Assembly (NCBI GenBank): GCA_012295275.1
Contig: CM022665.1
Span: 24,242,001 to 24,306,000 of the forward strand
Direction of reading: 5' to 3'
Length of the DNA stretch: 64,000 nt
Source of the DNA: Chrysomallon squamiferum
Taxonomy: Eukaryota > Animalia > Mollusca
Shown here one piece after another: positions 28,223 through 42,738 of this stretch (positions are counted from its first letter, which is position 1; each line of letters starts with the position of its first letter). The notes below the pieces were generated by a model that was not told the origin of the DNA, made no database searches, and worked only from the letters and a program-made list of their open reading frames with translations. Made by a program: the position numbers and the translations under genes.

Positions 28223-28308
28223 GGTGACATTATTTACATGCTTTCTACTAATCCATTATGACATTAAATCTTTTGTGTGTGGCATCGCTCTTCGGGTGTA
28301 TCTGTCCA

Positions 28309-28323
28309 CCACCAGATGGCAGC
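28309..28323 (+). promoter_or_regulatory. CTCF-type core motif CCACCAGATGGCAGC
   Basis: Full match to the CCASYAGRKGGCRS consensus, inside a GC-richer island in an AT-rich intron. Confidence 0.5.
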
Positions 28324-28666
28324 ATTCGTTTCTTTGTGTACTCTGATTGGAAGAAGGGGATATTGGGATATTTCACAGCTTACCTGCTGATGCTGGGTTC
28401 CCAGGGGTGATTAGCTGCTTGATTTATCACCTGGCCTGTCTGTTTGTTCTTTAATGAAATCACCTGTTAATTACATGAGACACTCTCTCTGTTATCTCGG
28501 ACACCAGTGTGTTAGTCTGATTTATTCTGTTTGTTCATTATCATGATGTTTTCTTTCTATTTCTTGTTGGCTTCTCTCTATTTCTTGCTCCATCTCACTA
28601 TGACTCAGTCTTTGTTACTAAACATCTCTACCTTTCACAGACTCCATCTTCTTCTCTTGCTCTTTA

Positions 28667-28667
<1 letters not shown>

Positions 28668-28756
<89 letters not shown>
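28668..28756. repeat. (CTGT)n-(CT)n compound microsatellite
   Basis: Direct reading. Confidence 0.95.
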
Positions 28757-28761
<5 letters not shown>

Positions 28762-31668
28762 CTGATAGCAAATACAATTAAAGTCTATATTACAGCTATT
28801 ATTCTTTTCATGGCCATGTTTAACTTCTATCATTATGGCATTTCCAAATTAACAATCAGTTTACACAGCATTTGTGGTGTGTTTAGTTTTCAACTGCACA
28901 GCAACTTGTATGCACAACAATAGCATAACCACTGCTTCCTCAAAATACACTGCCATTGTCACACATTGATGAAAGGTGAAACGGGCTGACGTTTAGGACC
29001 AGAGTGCTTATTGATTTACTGTATTTGCTTTTTAGCTTGTTCTGACAATATCTTTTTTTTTTTCTTTTTTCTTTTTGAAATCTATAACTAGCTAAGATCA
29101 AGTAAGATAATAATAAAAATATTCCCACAAAATTCAAATTAATTCAACTGAATTCCCATTGGTGGAAACAAAAACAACAAATTGCACATGGCCGCTTAAT
29201 GAGAAGGGCTGACTGTCCATTAACTATGGTAAATATATCCTCTCAGGTGGATGTTGTTTGGTGTGGATGATGGGCACGTGTATGAACATTTTCTCGATTT
29301 TGTGTGACCATGTCCCAATTTAAATCCAATAATTGCACAGATGCTGATTGGTAAATAATGCTAGTTGTGTAGAAAAAAGCATCTGCAGAGTCAGGTAACA
29401 TTGTTGTTAAAATTCTCAAAACTGTATGGTTTAAGTTTACATAATTGTCCAGTTTATCTTTCAGATGTATTTTTGCCTCCCATTAAAAGATTATGTTCAG
29501 TAATAACAGATAACAAAATTCAGAAGAAGAAATAAACAATTTGACTGTTACAGTTTTAAAAACAAAAATATTTTTGTTTAAAATAATTTTTTTAATGAAA
29601 ATGCATGAGATTTGTCCAAAATATAATCTAAACAACTTTTTTTATAGTCACAGAGATTTTCTTTATTATTTTTTTGTTTATTTTCCTTTATAATGAAATT
29701 ATTTTTAAAAAATGGCTGATTTAATTCAGAAGTAAAAGACAGTTTTATAAATAATTTTTAAAGCCAAGAAAGTCAAAAGTTTTATAATACAAATAGGATC
29801 TGGTGTCATAAAAAGAAAAGAATATATATATATATATCTGCATGTGTGTGTTATTTTAAACTAAACTGAGCTTTGTATTATTATTATTATTATTAGAAGT
29901 AATAGCAGTAGTAAAAACATTTAAACATGATTACTGATCAAAATAATAGCTCTGTATCTGTGCTGTTACTGCTTTTAACAACTGGTTCTCCAACTTCAGT
30001 TCAAGGGAGCTAACTCTGTTAATCATACTTTTTTTATTGAAAACATTTAGTGTGACATTATTGAACAGAAATACATCTAAATGAAGTAAAAGTCATTTGA
30101 ATTCACACTATTTAATGGCTTTAATTTTAAACTTTAATTTTACTTCTCCTTTTTTTTTTCTCTATCATCTTCCATCCAACACTTTTGAAATAGTTCTTTG
30201 AAGAATATGAAGCCAGATATAATAATCTTCCAATATTTTCAAGAATTCTGCTAAAGATGATATCTGAAAACAAATTCACAAAAAACTTAAATCAAATTGG
30301 AAATCTTTTTTCATAATCTGCCTGATTTAGATGGGTTAAGTATAAATATTATATGTTTCCTAAAAATCTTCATCATTAAATATTATATAAAAGTTTTTCT
30401 GTGACTTTTTCCTTTAATACATTTTGTAACAGGATACTCTCCATACTCCATCTGATTCTAATCAACTTTTATCAGTGGACATAACTTTACTCCTGTTTCT
30501 TTCATTGCTAACATCCATCAGCTGATTATTATTGAGGTTTTTTCCTAATAAAAGTATAGAAAATGGCAGTAAAAGCTGTACAATCTATACTTTTGGCTTC
30601 CTCAATCTATATTTTAATTTGATTGCTTTGGTAATACTATTTTCCCTTTTTTACTTTTATAGCAGTTTTGCATGAAAGATTTTATCTTAATACCTAAAAT
30701 AAAAAAATGAACAAGAAATATGCAAACTGGGGGATTTTATCATCACAGCATTTTATGGCTTCATTTGGAATAATTGTTCCGATTAACATTTTATGACAAG
30801 TCCACAAGTCACTCTCTTGTTTACAGCTTTGAACTGGTACAAGCCGAGCAGATATAAAAACTGTTGCTGGAAATTAGTTCTGTGAATAAAAACAGCTAAA
30901 TTGCAGCAATTAATAGACGTAAGAAACATTCATCTTGATTCTGTGTGATGCAATTTGTTGATGGTGTTAACAAGATGACATCTCTTGGCACACTATGTTG
31001 ATCCCTGCAAGTCCCGGCTACCATCTATAAACTGTAGCTGTTTGCTTTGATGTACCTTGTAATGACTGCCTGTTTATTATGCTCTAGACATGCTGAACAA
31101 GGCTGAAACAGGCTCAAGTCTTAATGCTTCTCAATTGTTGCTACAGTCTCTACTGATAAGGGACCTATTTAATGTAATTGTATGTGATAAGATGGAACAT
31201 GTTTTGCATATTGGCTCTGTTTTCCCCAGTGTGGCTGCCAGTTAGCATTCCCTGGCCAGAATGTGGACTGCATGGGGACTTGATTATATGATTAGTCTGT
31301 TGTTTTGGGTTGTAATATATATTTTTTTAATGACATTAATAAAGTGAAAACCGTATTTATGTTTTTATTTTATTACGTTTCTAACTTTGCTTTTGACATT
31401 TTTGTGTATCTTCTTTCTATATGTATTATTAGATTTGTTTGTGAAGAAATTTGATCAGACTATTTTAAATGTGGTTTTCTAATTTTTCATTTAAATATTG
31501 TGTCTTCTTTCATTATATTCAAACTTTAATACTTTAATTCAATATAATTTGTTTTTTATTTGCTTAATAATTCACTGGCAATTCATATACAGACTTCATA
31601 TGGTTATCTGACTCCTATTATTTATACATTTCTGTTTTGTGTCCAGAAATTAAATATTTCATCTTTCT

Positions 31669-31787
31669 ATCCATCCAGCCAGCCAGTCAACCATCCATCC
31701 ATACATAATACATAATACATAACACATAATACATACATATATTCATATATACATACATACATACATATATAATACATATATATATAT

Positions 31788-31840
<53 letters not shown>

Positions 31841-32275
31841 TAATACATATATAATATATATATATATATATATATACATACATACATACATAATACATAC
31901 ATATATTCATATATACATGCATACATGCATACATACATACATACATATATAATACATACATATATACATACATACATACATACATACATACATACATACA
32001 TACACACATAATACATACATATATGAATATATATATATATACATGTACACACATACACAACACACACATGTAAAGATACATTCACATAAATATGTACATA
32101 AATACAAACATACATATATACATACTCACATATACACCTTCATACATGCACACAACACACCAATAAACATACATACATACTCACACAGACATTCATTCAT
32201 TCGTCAATCCATCCATCCATCCATCCATCCCATCCATCCAACCAACCATCCATCCATCCATTTATCCATCCATTC
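31669..32275. repeat. Large compound (CCAT)n/(CATA)n/(TA)n microsatellite block
   Basis: Direct reading; it is the source of several spurious minus-strand ORFs. Confidence 0.95.
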
Positions 32276-33094
32276 TCAAACAATTCTCCATCAATATAAC
32301 AAGACTTTGCTTAACATTAATTTCAATTTATTTAACATTTTCTTTAACTTGAACAGAACAGCCAATACATTCAGATAAACAGGAATATAAACATTTGATA
32401 AGTGATCTGTTTATTGTGATTTGTGCGTTAATTTCTATCCGTACATTATGTATTGAACTTGATGTATGTTGGTTTGTCACAATTATGAGGCCCAGGCAGG
32501 ATCTCTGTCCAACTCCTGCTGGAATTAGACTCTTCTAATATCAACCATCATTGCTCCCCGAGTTGTATTGCTTCAGTCATCTTTTCCCTAAACATCCATT
32601 GCATCCAATTAGTTTGATCTACATTTATACAAAAGCAAATGACCATGGCCAGCAGTGGCCTCTAGTGGACACTTAATAATGGCCACATCAAAACAAGATG
32701 AAATTTTCTCCCATTTCCACAGTGCATCATTTTGTTTCTTTATTATTCATGAGAGGACACTGTACATCCTGTGGATTCAAAATGTTTCATTTGTTTCTGC
32801 AATAAATAAAACCTTTTGATTATAACAAGATGGCTGCCACTTTGAAGTGGGTGGGTGGTGTACGTGAACAAAGAAAAGTATTCTAGAAGGTTTTAATTAT
32901 GCTGAGTTACAACAAGCAGTCATGCATCTCCGTGATTTGATAAAAACAGAGAAAAAATAGCAAAATGACTTTTTATTTTATTAAGTAGGAAGAGGTTTTG
33001 ATTGTTTCAAATAATTAATAATGAAATGAAATTATAATATTTTTTATTTCTTCAGCATTATGGCTATTTCTGGTCACCATTAAATGAATGTATA

Positions 33095-33411
33095 AATATT
33101 AACTTAGCAACACTTGCACAAAGTATATTAATAACATTAGGTGTGTTTTGGGGGGTTTTTTTGTTGGTTTTTTTTCTACAATGAAGATATTAATAAAGAA
33201 AACTATATCCACCATTCAAAGGACTGTTATACAGCAAGAAATATTTTATTTAAACTTCTTCCTAGGCAGTAAAAATAATTTATGGCTTTTGATATAATAA
33301 AAAAAAAATAATAATAATAATACATTTTTCTCGATAGTTATACTGATGAGGTTTGATCTTCTGAACTGTCATCCCTCAGGTCTATACTCTAACCACTGAG
33401 CTGTATCCAGC
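33095..33411 (-). mobile_element. Decayed tRNA-derived SINE-like element with recognisable Pol III head
   Basis: The minus strand reads gctggatacagctcagtggttagagtatagacctgaggg...agatcaaacctc (A-box-like and B-box-like), followed by the shared cttgctg core. Confidence 0.55.
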
Positions 33412-34194
33412 TGTCTGATTACCAGTTTATGTTTAGTAGGGGAAAACAGTAAAACTAATTTAGGTGTAAAATGATAAAATATCTTCAAAACAAAAAATAA
33501 AAGTAATTAATTAAATTGTCTAGTAACAGTTTTAGTTATTATCTCTGTTGGTTTAATATATAATAGACTTCATTAATTCTCTGCCTGGGTTTTATTTTAT
33601 TTTATTTATTAGTATTATTATTTTTATTTTCATTTTTGTTATTATTTTTATTACTGCTACTACTATGACCACTGCTAGTACTGCTACTATTATCATTATT
33701 ATTATTTTTAAATAATTGTGAATAATATTTAATACAAAAGATAAGCACTGTTACTGCAACATTATTTTATTATAAGTTTATTATTATTACTATTAAAAAA
33801 AAAAACACAAAAAAAAAATTATAAAGGATGTTTTCCCTTTGTATTTGTCACTCTTGCCAAATGAAAATAACAAAACCACTTGTTCCAACATGGTGAAATA
33901 TTCATTAGGTTTGAAAGGAAAAGATGGTCGACCACCTCTGACACTTGCATCATGAAAATAAATGTCTCCAGCTCAACAGTCTCCTTCCTGCATTGATCAT
34001 TTGAACATAACACATTTATTTGCTTTAATAATGTTATAGATACAAGCCTAATAAGATTTCCTGGCAATTTGTCTTATGGTTTTGTCAATTCCTGAATTTC
34101 TTTTCTTGTCTCACAACACATTTCTCAAATGTGTACACTGTGTCGCAGTCAACAGAAACAGACATTGTGGTGTAGAATATACATACATATATAT

Positions 34195-34430
34195 ATAACT
34201 ATAAACTGGTAGATTGTGATGCAGATTGTATGTTATAAATTGATGCTTTCTCTATTAGTATAATGTATATTATAAATTGGTAGTTTTAGATGCAGAATAT
34301 ATAATTTGTGGTTTTCTCAAAAAATATGTATTATAAATTATTTGTTTTTGATGCAGAATTAATTGTATAGATTGTGGGTTATAAGTGGGTAGTTTATGGT
34401 GAAACTGTATTTGCTATAGTTTGTAGTGTT
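34195..34430. repeat. Degenerate G/T-rich minisatellite of about 30-35 bp
   Basis: Repeated tataaa.tggtag.tt..gatgcagaat. Confidence 0.65.
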
Positions 34431-34787
34431 TGGAAAAATACAAAATCTAAATAACATATAAATACTAATACTTTGAATATAGTTTGTCAAAATAACAATG
34501 TTTTTGACAAAGAACCCAAAACAGCATAGATCCTTCTATAGAAATTTATTGTATGTTAATCTTGCAGCTATCATATATAAATGTATAAATATTTAGCAAT
34601 ATGTTAACATATTTGGGTTTTTACCAGTACACAAGAAATAAAATACTGCTCACATGTATAATAAATCCATACTGTTTTGTAAAATTTAATAATGGGAATC
34701 TTTCCTCCATACTGTTATTTTAGTTCCATATTTACATTTCTAATGAACAATGGAATACAACATAAATACACAAAATCTCTTCTACAA

Positions 34788-35460
34788 CTCATCCTATATT
34801 GAAATTATGGATTTTCCTTTCTGTGCTATGACTTTAGTTTTACCTTACAGTACAAATTTATCTGGTTTATCTCTTCAGTAACCCATCCCATATTGACATC
34901 ATGGATTCTCCTTTCTGTACTATGATTTCAGTTTTATCTTACTGAATTAATATATGCACTAGAACATATCTCAAATTGAAATCACGAATTCTGATCTCTA
35001 AACAGTGATTTCAGTTTTAGCTAATGTAATATGGACTGAAATTTGTTGTATACAAAGTAAAATCATAAATTCTCCTGTCTAGAATATGATTTCAGTTTGA
35101 CCTTATAGAACTTATGTAAGTTGTATAATTCATCCCATACTCAAGTAATGGATTCCTTTGTTCAGACTCTGACATCAGTTTTATCTAATAATTATAATAT
35201 GGACAGAAATATCATGATATACAAATTGAAATCATGGGTTCTCCTTTTGAAATCATGACTTCAGTTTTATATTTCAAAACTAATAAACACTTCCCATACT
35301 AAAATCATGATATTCTTTTATTTGTTTATTATTCTCTAAAATCATGTTATTTTGTTGTTCATTTTCTAGCACCTATCCCATGCTGTAATAATTGATTCTC
35401 TCCTCCAAACTCTGATTTCAGTTTTACTTAATATAATATGGACAGAAATATTGTGATATG
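34788..35460. repeat. Old tandem repeat of about 80-90 bp, about 8 units
   Basis: Recurrent cccatattgaaatcatggattctcc...tgatttcagtttta; three units carry the added taatatggacagaaat block. Confidence 0.8.
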
Positions 35461-35949
35461 TAAATCCATGCTATGTATAATATGCACAATAAAGTAGCAT
35501 TCAACAACTGTCTGACATTAATGAAAAAGAATGCTTGCCTGCAATACCCAAGTGACATTAGCTTATTCTGTCAGTCTGGGACTGTTGATTGGTGAGAAGG
35601 AAAAGCCTGGATACATGGTCAGCTTTAAGTCTATCTTAAATAGCTCAGTCTTTAACAAGATTACCGTGCTGCAATTGATTCTTCAGCCCTTGCCCACTAA
35701 CACGATTTGCTCTTCTCATATCCACGGCAACTCTAGGTAAACTTAATCAAGCAAGTTCTCCTGTGTGACATCATGTGGATCACTGATTCTTTCAACAAGT
35801 GAAGTGAGTTGTGTGGTTAGAATAATGGCCTGAGGTGTGAATGATCACAGGAACAATCCTTCTTGGTGCTTCCTTTAGACAGTTTCCCATTCTTCTTGAT
35901 ACTGAATAAAAAATATTTTGCAAACATCTTCCATAATTCACTTTTAGGT

Positions 35950-36090
35950 TTATTTTCTATTCCAATCAGTGCTCTGTATCTAGTCTATCAAAATTTATGG
36001 TATGTGCTGAACTCACTGTTAGAAGGAGCATAAAAGAAATGTTACTGCTAACTGATATGAACAGGCCATAAAGCAATGGTATCCCAATAA
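35950..36090 (+). mobile_element. SINE-like core fragment
   Basis: ttccaatcagtgctc...atggtatgtgct...gcataaaaga...ttactgctaa resembles the reverse complement of the core at 55640 and 9870. Confidence 0.4.
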
Positions 36091-39000
36091 TTTCAGTTGA
36101 CCATCTACAATTATTAATCTAAGAAACATATAACAGTATCTGTATTTCCCACCCTATTATGTTTACTATATATATATTTTTTAGTTTTTAAATTTACAAT
36201 AAAAAGTTTCTGTTGCTTCTATTACAACTACTACTACCACCACCACCACTAGAATGATGATGATGATCTTGATTATTATTATTATTATTATTATTACTTT
36301 GTATGTTTGTTTATTATTGTTTTAATATTAAAATCACCATTTTTTAATCTCAGCCTATTAATCTTCCTTCAATTTTTCTCACTGATCAACAGTTTTGAGA
36401 TGATTTCTATCAAAGAAACTAAAATGGATCATTTACCACTGAGAGTAAAACCTTTTCCACTGACCTTTGCAGAGATCAGCTAGTGATTTCTTCATCATAG
36501 TATTATTATTACTGATAAATTGTTCTTTATTAATAGTCATTTTGAATATTCTGATGAATGGGCTGTTTTTACTTTGTTATTATCTGAATATGGGACCATA
36601 ATGTTAGAAATTGAGTCCATTTTTTTAGAACTTTTTGTAGCTATGTGAGATTGAAAAAAAATTGAACAGTTTTATGAAATTGTTTTGTTTCTCTTTGAAG
36701 TTCCTTCTTTGTTGTTTCTGCAAGTAAATTAGAGGAGTGAATTTAACTGATATCATTTTATATTCAAATAAATTACTGAAAATGTATGAAATTGTGATTT
36801 TTGGAGTTTCCTTATTATTAGTATTATTATTATTATTATTATTATTTATTCCTAATTTGAGTTTTAGCATCAAGTTATTCTTTGTTTATTTTCAACTGAT
36901 AAAACTGGACTATACAATAAAAATATTTTTTTCATATACTCATTTATCAATCAGTCCATCCCTTCATCAGTTTATTTTTTCATTAATTTTGTTCTCTAGT
37001 AAAATAACATCTGTCATAAAACGCACAAATTACTGCCAGATTAAAATTCAGAAAATTTTCACATAATTCATTTTTAAATCATTAATTTATTATTACCAGT
37101 GTATTATAAAATTTAATAATATTTTGCCATTTTCATGTAATAATGATTGAATGAATGTTGAATGAAACCTCAACACATTTAAAATAAATCAGTTTAGCCC
37201 AACAAGGCAACTATACAAAATTTTATTTTAAATAAAAATATCAGTAATTGATACAAAATTAGAAAATATATATATATATATTATTCTAATCATCATTATT
37301 TGTATATTATCTGTTAGAAAAGCCCATAACTCACATTATTCATACATATTTTATTATTTATTCATCATTACTAATATCTTATCACATAAAACCATATCTA
37401 ATCTCAAATAAACACTCTCAACAAAATAAAATATTTAAATTTAATCTCGAATTCTTATTTTCAACTCGTAAATATATGTTAAACTGCAAATCATTGTCTT
37501 GTAATGGCTGATAACGAAGATGACCATTATGTAGATTTTAAGTACCATGGTGATAATTAACTATCCAGTCCATCCATCTGTCCAGTGGTCATCAATCATG
37601 GAATCGAACCAGCATATTGGAATGTTCATCTTAATCATTTTGGTTGACACCAAACATCGTTGGCTAATCGTGTGTGTTTGCTGTGTGCATACATTGTGAA
37701 ATCTAGCAGACATCAATGACATTGGAGACCTCAGATTGTCTGTGTTTTATGCTGGATTGAAATGACAGATTTGACTGTGTAAATTTAAAGAAATATTGTA
37801 GAAAAAAATAATTTCCGTTTTCTTTTGTATTGCTGTAGAAGACTGTGAATGTTATTTGTTGGTGATTGTTTGTTTTTTTCTTTCTCAGTTTTCTTCTTCT
37901 TTTTTTTTCTTTTACATTTTATTAAAAATATATATTTCAATACTTTTTTTTTTTTTTTTTTTTTTAACTATTTTTATGCTGTTGGTATAAAAATATTTGA
38001 TGAGTAGATATTGATATAGTTTAAAAATTTGTTAAATTTATTGAATAGTAGGTTAGCTTTAGTTAATTTTTCCAGAAGGTTTGTTATTATAAGTATATGT
38101 ATTTGATCACACACACACCCACCCTCACACACACACACAAACACATACACACAACACACATACACACCTATTAATTACATTATTGCTGTCATTATATGTT
38201 CTAAGCATGGTCACACATTATATATTTATATCCAAACCTAACATCTATATGCAAATAACTGATTAATAATATAGACATGTCAATCTTGATTTTGTAACTA
38301 CATGCTTTAATAATACAAAACTTAATCATAATAGCAAATATCTATAATAAATTCTATGTTTGGTATACAAAACTGATTGTGAGTTATGCACATGTTACTA
38401 ATATCAACAGTGATCAAGTCTGTTGTTATGGTCCACCTACCCAGAACAAAAAAAAAGTCTGAATTATTGCCGGAGATGGACATAAAAATAAATTATAAAT
38501 TCTGTTTGTAATTGCAAAAGTGATAAATATATATCTTGAAAAACAAATTCTCTAGCTTTTCATTTCAAGTTTATTACCAAATTTTTTTGTTTCATGTACT
38601 TCTCCCCATTCCAAAAATGGTAAGATTATATCTTGAAAAACAAGTTTTGAACTAATATGTATAAATTGCTCTAATCAGAATTTCATTTCCAAGTTCACAA
38701 CAGAATTTCAAACACTTCTTCCCCATATTGACCGTTTATGCACACATTTCCCTCCATCTTTTGTTTTCCCTTTGTGTTGTCGAGTCAGTTGATCATTCAC
38801 TTTGGGCAGCTATTGGCCACAATTAGTGCCATGTAGGTGAGAGTGGAACAGAGATCTGATTGATGAAGTCTTCTTGCACTCTTAATAACACCCAGTAGAT
38901 CGATCTGTTTGTTTCTCAAACCATCATCATGGTCATCTGTGGTTTTTGTATTTAGTTCTGCCTGCAAGGCCCCCTTTTTTTGTGTGCCGCACTGGAAATG

Positions 39001-39703
39001 TGTCTTTATGTTTGTATGGACATATATATGGTGCATATTTTCTATGGCAGACCCTGTGAGAAGAGGTGTGAAGATATGCTATGATCAAAGCCTGGAGAAA
39101 TTAGTTTTTCACTTGATTAGTTCGACAGATGAATTCAGAACAGTTGCAATAGAGATAACTTGTCTACACTGGGATTGATCTTATGGCAGTTTTATGTATT
39201 TTCTGCTTTTCTGCTTCAACTATAAATAATGAAGTGTTCCCAGTGTTTAATCTGAAAGCATCTTGTTTGAGAAGAGTGGAATAAAATCTTTCCACCTGAT
39301 TTGTCTACCAAATTCAATTTAAAAAAAAAAAAAAAATAAAGAGTAGTTGAAATCAAAAAGGAAATCAGTCCATCCATTTAACAATTTAGCCAATATCAGT
39401 GGATGCTTTCACTAATTCATTTATTTACAGTTTATATCCCTCTTTTAATGCATATCATTATCCAGCCAGCCAGCCAGTAAAATAATATATGAATCATATT
39501 TCCTTCTGTTTATATTTTTATCTGATCATCCATTCATCCATCAATCAAAAGTCAATAAGACATACCATTATTTGTTAGTCTGTCCATCCATCCATTCAGC
39601 AATCCTCACAGCAAATTCATCTATCTTTCCATTCATCTGCTCATCCACAGATCATATTATTCAAGAAAATATACTCAGGTTTTTAGTTTTCATATCATTT
39701 GTT

Positions 39704-39838
<135 letters not shown>

Positions 39839-41574
39839 AAATATATATATGTCACATATATAATAACATAATAATTGTTTTTTTCTTGAATAAAAGAAGA
39901 AAAAAAATATGTAGTAAACACCATTTCAAACAACACAGGAATTCACAAAATTTGTTCCTAATTTTAAAAGCAAAAAGCTCTTCCCCCCAAAAAAGTAAAA
40001 ACAATATAAATTACAAACACATTTTTTTTCTCTCTCCTCCTATTCATGAAGACATACAATCTGTTTTCTCTTCTGCTGGTATGTTTCATTTTGCTTAAAT
40101 AATTGGTGTCACTTAGGACATCATTTCACATGACATTCAGTACAGTTTCTGTCATATTTTCCCCTCATCCACATACTTCTGCTAATTCGTAAGATCCTTT
40201 GCATGTGTGTGTTAAATGGTCCTAAATACTTTACCTAGCGTTGTTGAAGATTAAGTTAATTATGACGAGACTGGGTGAAAAAGACAGGACAGAAGGTTTT
40301 GTGGTAAGATAAGGAAAGTTTGATGTTATTTACTGAGATGGGCTGTCTCAGGTGTGCATTGTTATGTTTCATACTCTCTGTTCAGTACTTAGATAACACT
40401 GTTACTGCCATGAATTTCTTTGGGTGGTTGTAACAGATTTCTTTATGGCAGGTGAAGAGAGTGTTATGGGATACTGGGTTTTTTTTTTTTGCATTTTTTT
40501 TAAAGGCCGTTTCACAAATGTAGTGTGTTGATTGGTGGATTGGTGTTGTTTTATTTATTTATTTATCTTATTATATTTTTTACTATTTTATTATTTATTA
40601 TTATTATTATTATTATTTGTTATTATTTGTTATTATTTTTTTTTATATATATATATATTTTTTTTTTTTGTGTTGAGGTGTACAAAGGGTGATGTTTTTT
40701 ACTTGTCATTTCATAAATAAATCAATAATGTGGAGGTTGGTGGGCTGGTTTTTCTTGGGAGGGATTGAAGGATGGCTCCCTTTTTAATATGCCATTTGCA
40801 AACATGGAAGTCTGAAGAGCTTTTCTTATTTCTTATTTACTTCTTTATCATTTTTATTGGAAGGAACGGGGTATTTTTTATATTTTTTGAAAAAGAGGTC
40901 CATGGGGAGGAATCTGATATAGTTTTTTTGGGGTGTATTAAAGCATTTTTGAAAAAAAAAATTTAAATTGTAATTTTAAACTTTAATACCATTTGACATA
41001 TAAATCCCAACAATGAGATTGATGAGCTGAATTTTTGGAATGTTCTTTTGGGTGAAGTATAGTTCTTAGTCTGTTTTTTTTTTTTTTCACCTTTGACAGA
41101 TAGATTCAAACTGTTATCTGTTAGGTAGATGTTAAAAACAATGTAGTTATCTGTTTGAAAAGCAATAAATATTGTGTGACACATACATTATTGTATCATC
41201 AGCACATTTTAAACATAGTTTCAGTATCTGTACTTTACAGTACAACGAAGTGAAGCAACTGAGTTTTTGTGTTTTATTGAACAATTTATTTTAATGTACT
41301 CAATAAATATTTTTTCTTAGCAATTCTTGGATATGTATCAATTTTCTTTTTTTTTTTTAATTATTTCTTTTTCTTTTTTTTCTTTTTTAAATAATTTTGT
41401 TGCACAATAATTTGGGATTATGAGTAGACTTATGGTTTAAATAAATAATACATGACAAACCTCTACTTTTCATTTTGTTACTACAAAATGATAAACCAGT
41501 CTTGGTAGACCATTTGCATTGATCTGTGAAACCAAGATCATTTATTGCTACTGGATGGAAAGAAGTAGGAGGAT

Positions 41575-41625
<51 letters not shown>

Positions 41626-42534
41626 TTATTTTATTTTTTATTTTTATGCATTTAACTTTTTTCATGGTGTGTAATATGTAACACAGAAACATAAAAGTTT
41701 GTTTAATAATATCAGAGTCTTTTAATTAATTATTTGCCTTTAAATGAAATCTTTCTGTATTATACAATTATACTTATCTTATAACCACAGAAAGAATATC
41801 TTATATAATCAATGTGGTTGGAATGGGGAATGTGAAACCTTATTTTCTTATACCAGTAATGTTCTAACACCCGTTTTTTTTATATTGATACTTTTTTTTG
41901 TGAAACAATAATATTTACCACCATTTTGTTAATGTTATAATGTAAAATTGTGAACAAAATTACCTTTTGATTTCAAAGTTGTGGAAAGAAAAAAGAAAAG
42001 CATATCATAAATTATTAACTTCAATTTTGAAAAAAAATAGTTTTAATCATGTTTGAAATATGACTAGTGATATTTTTTCATAAATTATACACAATATTTA
42101 TTACAAGATTTCTAAAAATTGGCTGACATGAAAAATGTGGTGTTGTCTTTGGAAAAAATAAAATGACAAAATGAAGAGAAAAAGGGTTATTTGTTAACAT
42201 AATACATCTCACACCATGGGGAACACACCCAAATCACACTGTCTTTGTTGTTAATAATCAAAGGTGATGAAATTTTCCATGATGAAAACTGAGTGAGAAA
42301 TGATGTTTTTAATTGATTGCGAAGGTTGAACAGTTTTTGCATGGCAAAATGCTTGCTTCAGACAGTCCGATTGATCAATGTGTGTTTTTTTGTGTTTGAA
42401 GAGAATTATACTGTCCACACACACAGACACACAGACACACACAACCTAGTTTGTTTTCATAGCTTGTATTGATTAACAGGGTATTTCCAAGTCAAACTGT
42501 TTTACATGTGCATTTTGCGTCTTGTTTATGTTAA

Positions 42535-42537
<3 letters not shown>

Positions 42538-42573
<36 letters not shown>

Positions 42574-42647
42574 TGAAGCATGTGTTTGGTGCATAATCAT
42601 TTTTTTTTTCATTCTCTATTTTTTTTCTCTCATCCTCTCTTTCTCTT

Positions 42648-42735
<88 letters not shown>
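42538..42735. repeat. (GT)n followed by (CT)n-(TA)n-(GA)n compound microsatellite
   Basis: Direct reading. Confidence 0.95.

Positions 42736-42738
<3 letters not shown>

Noticed and set aside
28531-28923. 130 aa hydrophobic ORF, and similar SL/ER-repeat ORFs at 39572, 42506 and 22232
   Set aside because: They read through (CT)n/(GA)n tracts that lack stop codons.
31667-32378. Long ORFs of 66-142 aa on both strands
   Set aside because: They are translations of (CATA)n/(TA)n microsatellites (YVCM and IY repeats) and carry no coding signal.
33340-33411. Functional tRNA gene on the minus strand
   Set aside because: The B-box and stems are degenerate and it is attached to a SINE-like core, so it is treated as a SINE head.
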